Assembly (NCBI GenBank): GCA_002633005.1
Contig: NMRA01000200.1
Coordinates: forward strand, 216,072-280,071
Source: Phoronis australis
Lineage: Eukaryota; Animalia; Phoronida
Length of the DNA: 64,000 nt
Direction of reading: 5' to 3'
This document shows positions 25,831 to 43,300 of this stretch, piece by piece (within the stretch, counting starts at the first letter, position 1; each line of letters starts with the position of its first letter). The translations under genes were made by a program, and so were the position numbers. The notes below the pieces were generated by a model. That model was not told the origin of the DNA. It worked only from the letters and a program-made list of their open reading frames with translations, and did no database searches.

Positions 25831-27510
25831 AAGATAATTTTAAGAGTATACGTTTTTGATTTGCAACTCTTTTTAAATAGGCAATAAAGTTGTCAAGTGC
25901 CGTGTTTGCTATTAGAATTTATAAATAAAGTGATAAACTTAGGACTAAGTAGGACAGTCTAGCAGCACTTTTTTGTTGGCCCGGATCATCCTGATCAACC
26001 ACTGCACTGGCACTCACAGCCTGAGGCACAGGTTAGGATTGGCAATCCTCATAGGATACTTACCAACCATCGGTAATCCCTGGGAACTGGTTATAACTTT
26101 TGTGTGAAAATATACTGAAAACTAGAAAGCCCAACAAGTTCAGACTTGGCTTCAATAACTGTCGGTTTTGATGCTTTTTTTAGTCTTTACAAGCCAGCCA
26201 GCTAGCTGTATGAAGACTATCATAAAATATACAGCTAGGTATACCACTGTGTGTTGAGCTCCGTTAGACCTCAAAATTTCACCCGGCCCAGGTAGTTCTG
26301 TCGTCACCTCATCGTGAAACTAATTTCAACATGTAGGGCCCAGTGGGGGTGCATGCAAAATCTGGGAGTCAACCTATGATGTTGTACGGTCTCTAAGGTG
26401 CTGCCATCTATTGATACCTGTGGAGACGGAGGATTCCAAGATGGTGCAACCCATTCTTTGTTTGTAAAAGAATACAGGTTTTCAATATAAACAACATATT
26501 ATTCGATCATTACACTGGCTACGAGTGGCACCTTGCCCGTTACAGCCGTTTAAGTGAAAAACAATCTAGTCAACATCATTTTCTTCCGTAATTCTTTGTC
26601 TTTTGTAATGAAGAAAAGTCAGTCTCCTCTTAGTATACAGCTTTGCAGCAAGGCTATTCTTTAGCAACTAAGTTTAGCTGAGAAATCGAGTAAAATAATT
26701 AAAAAAGAAATCAGTTAAGGATTTCCATAACAGGGCCATGTCATGTGTATATCCACAGGCAATGAATTTGCCTACTTTGCTACATGCAGCTTTATGGAGA
26801 GGGTGGTCTCAGAACAGGTGAAGCGTTTTACATATTTCTGAACATGAGTAGTGCTGTGGAGGGCAAATTCCAGTATGCTATTAGAATTGCTGAAATCTGA
26901 AGTCAGAGGTAGCATCTTGCTCCACAGAAGGAATTGGAAGCTTTCAGTTGTATTGCATGATTTCCGGTTGTTTCGTGCTGTAAAGGCCTCTAAATTGCTT
27001 GCTACAGGCAATTTTATATGGACTGAACAGTTTGGATGCTAAACTTTGGTTCAGGCGATCATTGGTTCATTTCCTGACTGAATAAGAAAAAAATATTGAT
27101 GACTTTCAGTTCACAACACACATCTGTTGAATTACTGTTTAGCGCAGAGATAACAGACAAATGCATGTAGCTCAAAATGGAAACAAAAGTCAAATGATAT
27201 AAATGGCATACTCGTTATAACCAGCAAAACATTCAGTTCCGTGGCATAGAACAAGGATCATATGGTGCAAATAGTCAAAATTCTTTGTGCATGCCTGTTG
27301 ATGTTTTGGTAATTTCTTATTTCTTTGCGAAACAACATTTGGTAAATTATCTTGTTGTTTTTGAAATGCTGACTATTTTACCAGTGCTAAGATAATAAAA
27401 AAATTATCATGTGTTGTTGTGTGACATCGAAGTCTTGCGTGTGGAATGTTCTTACTGTAAAGCTTAGTTGAGAAATTTGACGTTTCGTTGTCTACCAAAT
27501 AGTGTGCTAG

Positions 27511-32591
<5,081 letters not shown>

Positions 32592-33372
32592 CCACTGCAC
32601 TTGGTGGAATTAATGTTTGCATCGAGTGGTTTTGTTATACACTGTAAACATGTATTCAGAATGTGATCCTCAGGTGAAGGCAGAACATTGGACTAGTGGT
32701 GGATAGCTTACTTAATTTACAAAATAAACATCATTTGATGTGACAAAATAGACATTGTAATGTAATATTTTAATGATACAGTATCTTTCATTCCTTGAGG
32801 CCTCTGACAGGAATTTTCACAAGATTGTTACGATAACTTGTGCAACATGGAGCTGCTTCAAAAATTAAAATAAAAATGTGCTGCTGAAAAACTTGTATAT
32901 TTGTTTTATCAAAATAATGTAACAACAGGTGTCACTGCTATTGTGACGGATCATGAGAAGAGTTGCTAGGAGTTTAACTGGAAGAATGCCGTGCATCCAA
33001 GCCATGTTGTGGCTACAGTAGACACAAATGTGCTGATAGAGTTGTTTGTCCAGAACATTAGACAAAATCGAGGCACAAGCGACAAGTCAGTGGACAAAAT
33101 TTTGTTCACACTACTTGCAGATTATTTTTCAACCTACTTGGAAATGCCCAAGTTAACAAGTAGATCAGTTGAGTTTGGCATCATGCCAAGAGGATGGTGC
33201 ATACAAGTTAAAATCTCCAGCATATGTTTCTGGCTAGACAGTGTTGGGCACTAAGTCTCGGCTTCCTGCACTAAATAACAGTCCTACTAACTTCCTAAAA
33301 CTGCTTTCAAGTGATGATGTAGTAACATCATTTCTGTATTCTCTAGGTGCAGTTACCCAGCCTCTAGCCTTT

Positions 33373-33413
33373 CGTACATTTCGGATGGTTAATTCTCCAA
33401 CCATCTTCAGGCG
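33373..33413 (-). ncRNA. Minimal type-I hammerhead ribozyme-like motif (Penelope pLTR relic)
   Basis: Minus strand reads CG-C-CTGAAGA-T-GGTTGG-AGAATTAA-CCATCC-GAAA-TGTA-CG. The CUGANGA and GAAA cores are intact, stem II has one mismatch, and stem I is weak. Confidence 0.5.
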
Positions 33414-34380
33414 TTACAGAGGTTGGTATAAATAGATTTTAGAAATTGTCCTGCTATTTCTTTATCTAGCACAAAATCTGTTTAAATGTTGAATGGTGGA
33501 CATAATCATTCATCCAGGTGAGGTACTGATACATTAGTGTAAATCAAGTCTTCTATAGTCCTGCTGTTCAGACAGTCTCTCACTGCTATCGTCCTCATTC
33601 TTTGTTCAATATATCCGGCGATTCATTCTTGGACTGATTTACCAGGGAGTGAGAAAATTTGATGCACAACTAGCGACCAGTCATCAGAAAATCTCAAATA
33701 ACTTGAGAACGGTAAGTGTCAGAGAAAAACAAGTGGCACACTTCTGATACCCAGTAAAATGATCTATGAACAGAAAAAATCTGAAAAATCCCTCAAGATA
33801 CATTGGAGCTATGGCTCCAGAAACCAAAATATTGAGAAATGGCTGCTACAACCCCATCTTGCATCCAATTTAGGCTTCAAGCCATTCAAAAGACACAAGT
33901 ATGTTCATTTCACATTGATCAGATATAAAATGCGACCTGTAGCGTGCGAACAAAGAAACAAAAAAACAAAAATTTTATGACAGTAACATTTCACAAAGTA
34001 ATAACCAACTAACGCTTGTAACTTGTCAGCAGAGCAGATAATTTACATTTTGAGAGACAGTAAGTACAACTGTAACTCTATTACAACAAAATAATTTTCA
34101 GGATGATAGTGAATGGAAAAGAAGTTAAACACGTCTTATTTTCTAGTAATTGCCACTAGGGGCATGTCTCAAGGACTTGCAACCTTTTTAGATCTGATTT
34201 TCACATGTCAAAACTTCCGTGATGACATCTTTCTGGTATTTAAAATACCTCTAATTAATGAGTTAAGTTCAGAAAAAAATTCCCAAAATTTATTTAGTGA
34301 AACACTGATAAAGCTCTGGCAAAACGTAAATGGTTAGTTCTTAGTGAAATAGGTCCCTGAAGTTTTGCAGGTATCAGCAG

Positions 34381-37300
34381 TCAGTCCAGGTAATCCAAAT
34401 TTAAGTAAGGGAAGTTCATTTCTTGTTCAATCCACTTGGCCACAATCAGCATCTGTTTTTCCTTAAAAGCCTGTCCCATAAGTTGTAGAGATATTGGCAA
34501 GCCATCCCCTGACACCTGAATGGGTACATTTACAGCTGGTATACCTGTAAGTAACAATTGTTGCAATATAACGTTTCATTTTGATGCCATACTTAATGTT
34601 AAGTAATATCATTAACGCTAACACTATCATTATTATTGTAGTCAATATTCAAAGTTTACAGTGTAACGTTACAAAACCATTTTCATTAAAAACTTGTAAG
34701 GAATAAAAAATTGCATAGACGAACTGCCAAAATTGCAATTAAGCTCAGTAGAATGGTAAATATGATTGGCATAGTGACATTTCTTATTATATTCAAGGCA
34801 GGTGTAGTATACTAAGCACGGTGTGAGCATCTTCGTATCTTGTTCCTCCTTGGCCTATAAACAACATTCAACTCAACAATTTTTAGACTTGTTAACATTA
34901 ACTTAACAACATGCAGCAAATGCTTAATCTGCTACAAGAATGACATACATGCGACCTCACTTAACTCATAACTGCATAAATCGTCACTTTTTCTTGGTCA
35001 CTATTATACTCCCATTCATTTACATGTAATAGTTCAAGTTTCATTATCGTTTTCAAGTCGCTGTTTTCACTGAACTCATCACCCAAAAACAGGATCTGTT
35101 CTGACATTTACATGCAAAATTTACTTGGACTTGCATTACCATGTGTATTCACGACAAGTATGATGGTGACAGCTTAAATTGATGATAATTAGCGCTCAAC
35201 ATGATGAGAAATACTGCTAGGAGATGCCAATCAAAGTCACAATTCACTCAATATAACAAGAGCAACGCAGAGCGTTGAAATGCGCCAACGAATGCATCGC
35301 AAATGGTGTGCTTTAAGGGTTGTTTATTTGTGTCATAAAAATAGCCAATAGATGGCGCAAAAACGTACAATCCATACAAAAACGGGAACATGTCATTGCT
35401 TCTTTAATAGAAAGCTATACACTCATTTTCATAGAAATCCATCATGGAACTTCAGAGAAACAAAGGAAAACAGAATAAAATGAAATTGCCACTAGGGGGC
35501 ACATTGTTCATTAGATATGCCTGAAAGTCGTCATTGTCTGTTGTTAGCTTCATATAAATACAGTTACTAATTAAATTTAATAAAGATCCTGCAGTGGGTT
35601 TAGGAGATACAAGATGCCCGTATTCAAAATTTTATGAAAATCCGTTGACAGAGGACCTTTGAAGATACAGAGGTAAATGTAAAACTAAAATTGCCACAAG
35701 GGGGCACACCAGTAGTCATATCCATTCGAAAATCATAGTCCTCCATTGCCAACATCACACAAACACACTTCCTAAGTTTAGTAAAGATCCTGCAAACGGT
35801 TTAGGAGATACAGCCATAGGAGTAAAAAACGAAATTGCCACTAGGAGGTGCCGAAGTAGTCGAAGTCATTAGAAAATCAACGTCACCCGTCCACTTCATT
35901 GTGAAAACATACAAGCCAATTTTCACAATTATCCTGAAAGCGGTTTGGTTGATAGAGGGGTGAACGCCAAAAACAGAGTAAAAACAGTAAAAATGGCCAC
36001 TAGGTGGTGCAAACTAGGTCGAATCCATCTGAAAACGGAAAGATAACATCATCTCACTAACAGAAGCCTATAAACCAAATTTTATGAAAATACATTGAAG
36101 ACCTTTGAAGACACAGTGGTAAATGTAAAAAAATAAAATTGCCACTAGGTGGCACACCAGTAGTCAGATCTGTCCAAAAGTTGTCGTCCATTGCCATCAT
36201 CATATAAATGCACTTGCTAAATATAGTAAAGATACTACAAACGATATAAGAGATATTGTGATATGTGCACAAAAAAAAACACCACTAGGAGGTGCTACAG
36301 TATTCGAAGTCGTCGGAAAATCATCGTCAACCATCCTCTTCATAGTAAGAACATACATGCCAATTTTCACAATCGTGCTTAGAGTGGTTTGGTTGATAGA
36401 GGGATGGACCCTAAAAAACTCGAAAACAGTAAAAATGGCCACTACGTGGCACAAACTATGTCAAATCCATCCAAAAACGGGAGGATACCGTCGTCTTACT
36501 GATAGATGCCTATACGCCAAATTTTGTGAAAATATGTTGTGGACCTTTGAAGATACAGAGGTAAACGTAACAAACTTAAATTGCCACTAGGGGGCACACC
36601 AGTAGTCGGATCCGTCCGAAAGTTCGCTCATGCCGTCCCATCCATGAAGGAAACACATGTGCAAAATTTCAGGAACATATGTCAATTAGTTTTGGATATA
36701 GAGTGGCAGACGCTGGACAGACGCCGGACGGACACCACCCAGACAGACGAACGGAGATGACGACATAATGCATCCACATATAAATATGTGGGCACATAAA
36801 AAGCATTATAATGATTCAGCTCTCCATGATACAGTCTCCAAAACATAACCTCAACGAATTTTCCATAGCACAGGCATGGAATAGTTTTAAAACCAAGTTT
36901 GATGGCTCGCATTTTGTTGTTTTTTTTCATCGACAAATTAATGGTTAAGTACTAGTCCACGAGAGCACCAGCCATGAGCGGCAAGGTGGGGGTCAACCGA
37001 TTTTCACCAAATTTGGCACATAGGTAGTCCTATGGGATCTATAAACAGCGGTAAAATATTTCTTGAAAATATTGCGTTTTTCTAAAGTTATAGGCTCAAA
37101 CACATTTTACGGCTTCGCAGCCATGTTTTCACGGTATAAAAACTGTCCAGTTTTAACTGTTCAGATTTTTCCTTGAATGAAAGCTATTGATTTATTGTTC
37201 ACTTGGCATTGTTTAGTGGTGCCTGTAGATTGTTACACAGATGTCTTGAAACACGATTCCGATTTACCACCCTCATTTAGTAGTTTTACTACACTGCCCC

Positions 37301-40300
37301 CCGTTATGCCATTTTGAGGTTGTGTTCAGTACACTGCTGTACCAAATCTGCCCCCACTGTTATGAGAATGAAACTTAGCCAAAATGTTGACAAAACATGT
37401 TACTTTCATTTCATAAAATAAAAACTTTGTCAGCCAGTTTATTAGTTATATATTTTGGCACCTCAAATGTACTAAAATGAGAAATTTTCATATATCTGAG
37501 ATCGATGCGTGAGCACCGTAAAATCCGATTGTCCTTTATGTTTTTCGATATTTTGCAACAAGTTAGTTCCTCCTGAATGTTTTGAACGTTTTACTACTGA
37601 TCACTTAGGGCTATAGTACCCCTAAATACCATACATGGCTCCATTTTGTAAAAAGCCGATTATGTCCTCCACAGTGAACAGGGTTAGACATGAACTCGAC
37701 AAATGTAGGTTATTTTGATTTACAGTTGTTTTACTTTGCAATTTCCTCATGGGTATTTCTTCACACATATTCAAGTCAGATTTTCTGTTGATCAAATGTT
37801 CATGCAATGCATTGTAATATCAAATGAAGGATAAGTTTTGTTGCATGACCGCAATTTTTCCCACGACTTAAAACAAAAGACCGCAGAAATTTTCCTGACG
37901 AAATACCGGGTTTGCAGTTCTGTAAAAACATTCGAATGACAAGACAAACTCCACCACTGTCCATGGCAACTCGTCGCATGTTTTTCGCCCATCGGTCCTA
38001 TCATTGTTTTCCTTTGTTGTGTCATTGTTGGATGTAACAACACAGGTCGCATGGATATAGAACCTTGCGTACATCAGACCGTTGCCGATAAGTGCTCGTC
38101 ATTATATCTTTATTATAACAACGGAAACAATGAAGATGCTAATCTATTGTTCTCTATGCGACCAGGTTTCCCGTGGATGACCACAGAAGAGGAATCCCAA
38201 AGTATCCACAAACAATGACCACGCACCTTAGTAACTATTACCGCGCACACGAATCCTTTCCGTGGAACCTAAACACCAAATTTTTATATCCGTGTATTGT
38301 GTTGTATTGCTCATGGTACGGGTTCAGACTCTGTTGTATTAAGATTCCAATCCCCAACCCTGTAATATGTAGTTTGAGTAAAATTTCTAGACAATGCAGG
38401 TTTATGGATTTATTCTCCTTCAAATGAAGAGTAAAAATCAAATTCTGCACAGGTTTTTTAAAAGTAATCACTTATTGGAAGATCACACATCTAAAAATAA
38501 AACAATGTTTGACAATTTTATTCATTATCTTATTTGAAAATTGCCTACCTCACAGAAAACTCATCTAAGTTGAAAATATTCGTTGTGAAAAAATATAAAA
38601 TACCAACCAGAGACTTGTGTACTACAAAATATGTTTTCGTAATACAATGCAAAGATAACTCTACAGTCAAAAGTGCAAATGTTATGACTCTAATAAAAAA
38701 TTGGCGTCTAGATCTTTTCAACACCCTAATTGCTACAGGACAGAGTCAACCACACAAAGCTCATAAAGTCAGGGAATTACATTTAAGGTGATGTAGTCTC
38801 ACTGCGAAAAAGTGATTTCGCAATATCGCTGACAACACTGGAAATCTCTTCTTCACAAACTTGAGGTAGCTGTATTTACCACATCAATGTTCTTATCAAA
38901 ACTAACCACCATAAAATGAAAAATTGGCTTGTCGGTTCCAATTAGGCAGCATTTTACAATGAAATGGTCATGAAAAAATACTTTTGCAACATGGTTTGCA
39001 TTACAATTGCCCTACGATTACAGATGTACATACATACTAGACCAGTAACAAAATTACCCATGGGAACCATAAAATGGTCAATTCGCCAAAAAACAAGGAG
39101 CCACCAGAGCTAATGTGCCAATACTTTTCAGTACTGCAACAAAAATCATTTGAAGTGGACATAAACTCGCCTAAAATCACATAAAACAACTTTTGATTTA
39201 GATATTTTACCATCACGAAATAGGTATTACTTCCAGGTCACTTTTGAGCAATTTCAGAACTTTGAAAGATCTGGCAATATGCAATTGCTAGAGACCAGAC
39301 TAATAGTGTGCAATTTTTTACACACAGCATGGTCTCAAGGAATAGCAAACTGTCAATTTGCTACAATTCCAGAAATCACTTCCCATCTGGATAAGGAACA
39401 AACTGAGCAAAGTTTATAGAGGTAAATGGTCTAAATCAAAACTTATTACCTCCTGGACAGAATATGGGTTTACAACCCAGGCAGAAAGATAACTAGTTAA
39501 CAAAACCAGCCTAACTGCAACAGGGTCTCAAATTTCAGTAATATATACCCATTTACAAACAAAAATCTATAATGTTAAATAAAATGCGGAAACATAAATT
39601 CATATCAATTACGCATCTTCAAGGAAAAGGAATAGTACAGTGGTCAGAAATCATCTAAATGTGATGGCGACACTGAGAAATCCTGTCAGACCAAAAAATC
39701 CAGTGGCTAAACAAAATGAACAATGTATCATTACCATGTGGCCCAGGATCATAATCCGTGCCTGGACAAAAATTCAGTCTTAGACTAGGTAAATTTTAGA
39801 TTTGTGCTGTTCACACAAGCAGTTCTGGTGCAAACAAAGCTTGCGACAACACACAAGCCTACTTCCCTACACAGCTGTGCTGATACAATAATGCCCCCAC
39901 TGGATTTAGCAGATCAGCCAGAGTATTTACAGGTCCAGCCACTGTACTGTTTCCTCCCTTTGAATTTTTACAATGCTACATCCTTGACAATCGCAGATTG
40001 CCTCTTTCAATGCATACTCCACTTCCTCTGTCCCAGTTTCTCCACATTTGCTGAGAGTGGCCTATCTCAACAAATTACTTTGGACCTGTTGTGGTATAAG
40101 CCAGTAATCTTTGGCAAATACTTTTTCCCCAACTCGTTCCTCAAGCTACAAATTCTCTTTGACATATCTTCTGGGAGTAGACTTTTCGGCCTCTCTCTAG
40201 CCCCCTCACTTAGTTGTCCAGAAGGGTACCTTCTTGCTGGTTGTGAACTTTTCCATACCCAACCTTTACTAATAATCGGCAAGTCTCCAACTTCAGCAGA

Positions 40301-43300
40301 AGCCACTTCTTCAGCATAAGCCTTTCCTGATTCCTAAAATTGTATTAATGAAAAATTAAACATATTAAATTTAATGTGGCCATTTCGGCTCACAAAATAT
40401 GAATACCAAGCTAAAGTGAAGGCACCAATATTTTTTACGGCTTTAGCATGTTTAATTAACTTCATAATTGCAGAAAATCATTGGTAGACAAAACATACTC
40501 CCTAGTCTCTAAAAGTAGTTCATGGGCAGAAGTCATGTTTCACATTTGGTGGTTGTTATGAAAAGTTATGATGACTACCTATTTTCTATGCCAATGTATA
40601 CATGTAGTTGCATAAACATCAACACATTTGAATAAGATATGATTAAGCAATAAGGCCCAAGTTATAAGCAATCACGGTGTGTCAATAAAAGTATTTTTGC
40701 ATGAATGACGAGCTTCTAAAAATATTCCTCAGGGTCAGACCCTGGAGTTTAGTGATTCCTACCTGAGCTCACACGAAGCAGGACGTTGAACCTTGACTTA
40801 ACGTCTTTGGTCATTTTTCAGACCTCTATCAGATTTCTCCTCTAGTGTGCAGTGGATGTTCTAAGTGTCTTTGGCGACGCCAATATATCTCGAGTGTTGT
40901 AACGATGATTCGGGCAAGTGAACCTAATACGGTAGATTATGTAGCTCCTGCTGCACACAGTGCCTCCGAGGCAGACACTGAGAGTCTGACTGAGACAGAC
41001 TACTCAGGAGGACACGTTCCACCTCCACATCAGCTCCACGTACTCTTATAAGGTGCTCAAATGTCTCGCTCTATACCTTGTGCATTTCCCTAGAGTTTCC
41101 AAAGTTGTTTCTCTCCCCAATTTGTAGAAATACCACATTTGATGCGACTGGCAGTGCCAGATAAATAGATAAATTCGCAAACCCGCACTTTAGGTCAGCC
41201 ATCATTCAACTAACGCATTGTAAGCTTTAGTTTGGTATTCAGACGAATTGGATGAACAAATTTAGTATAATTTCATTATTTATTGGGAAATGCTAGTGTC
41301 CTTAAAATTAATTAAAAACATTTAAGCAAACCAATTGTTTTAATTGTTGTTTTATACCACGGCATATTAATGCGTAGAAACGGCGCACAACTAGTGACTG
41401 GTTTAACATGACAAATACACATACGCGGTCTGAAAATAGTGAAATTCAGACACCTATTACCAAGCCTGCCTGAAGGGCTGACAAAGTTTTTATTGTATTA
41501 ATTTCAAGGGCATGGAGTCTTCTACATGTCCATGTTATTATTTTTAGTTTTCTCGCGGGGGCAGCTTCGCTATAAGGGTACAGCTTACTGCTGGTTTTTC
41601 ACAAGACGGAAACGTACCTCCACGGAAACAGTTCCAGTGTTACCATGGTAACCGATATTGCAGTGTCGGTGCCGTTTTTACTGACATTGGTCATGAACCT
41701 ATCATGTGATATCAAAATTGTTCAGAAACGATTCTGTTTGAAGCAGAAACTGGAGTAGAAAATTTGGTCAAAAATGACTCATTCCACACCAAGAAATTGC
41801 CTCATTTTGCCCCCCAGAACACTTCCCTTGTATCTCCTAAACCACCAAACTTTGTGGTGTCATACTTCACCCATTTTCTCTCATCCCTAATGTGATTTAT
41901 CAGACTAAACACGGATCTGAATGGTTGACCCCCCACCTTGCCGCTTGTTGGCTGTACTGTGGTCGGTGGATCCGTGGACTGATACTTAAGTGCTACAACT
42001 GAGATTAAAATCTTTTGCGCTTAATCATGGAGCCATGCCTAGATGCATGTGCCTATATATGGGACATTTCAGTAGAAAAATCGCACTGAAGTTGACCAAA
42101 CGATGTTTTACACATAAGACACCACTCGGATAAGTCATCATTTTTTTACGGTCCCAAAGGTGACGAGTTAAATGAAGTCTCTTGTATTTTGGTTGTTTTT
42201 ATTGATCAGTTTACAACTGTTGGTAAAACGTCACACCAACAGCAAATTAACTAAAGACAACTTTTAGTTGAAAAACAAAAGATACTTTAGATTTTTTAAA
42301 GGATTTAGTACCAGCTAGATTCGCAGCAATGGTGTAGATATCTTGAGTCTGAAGTTTAGCCCTGCTTAACTGCTTTTCAAACAATCGATAACTGAGAGCT
42401 GTGTTCAGAGTTGTAGGTGTAAGGATAATGTCAACCCCAGACTGGTAAACTTTGGTGAAGTCGTCCAACAACATTCGCCTCACTTTCTGAGCTTTTATGA
42501 AGTAGTCTTCATAATTCCTTATGAAACAAAATAAGAACATTCTAATTAAAAATACCAACCATGTACTATGTCATTTTAGTAATAAGTAACCAGATTTTTC
42601 AGTTTATCAAGACTATAATTACAAAAATTCCATGAAACCCTTTGTCTCAAAAAAAAAAATGACACACACTATAAAACTAAGACACCTTATTTAGGCAGCA
42701 TGACCTCGTTCATTGACAGACTTTTCACAGTACAATTGAGCTTTTATCTTTACTTTACAATGACACACATAAACTCTTGAACAGTTAAGTCTCTGACAAA
42801 GCCATATCTCTGTGGTTACAATCGTGAATACACAGCATAAAAATCATAGACTTAATACAAGATTCAGATAAAATAGTCTTGTAGTTATTTCTCTCCAAAT
42901 ACATTTATTGTTCACCCACCCTTCCAGCAGAAAATAGTTCCCACAAAGGATCCTTCCACGAACTACATCATTAAATCCTTGGTGTCTTGATGATGAGAAC
43001 AGAGCCTCTATGGAATCCTCCACATCAGCACGGTGACCTGAAGAGGAATGTGGCAAGTGATGACACAAGTAATGCAAAGGTAATGTATTGTTACTAATTA
43101 TCAGTTTTATTAATGATCTATTCACTAACTGACCTTCTCGGCATGTCACATAAACAACAAAGAAACCGGAATAAAACAATCAAACAGAACCTGGAAATAA
43201 TTTAAATACATAGCATACAAGACTGAAAAGTAACACAAACCAAAAGAACAAAAAAAACAAGTCATAAAACATATGCCAAGTTCGCTTACCCAATAAATGT

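Noticed and set aside
39804-40319. 171-aa plus-strand ORF
   Set aside because: No recognisable domain or splice context. It lies inside the TTAA element, antisense to its minus-strand coding remnants, and is probably a shadow ORF.
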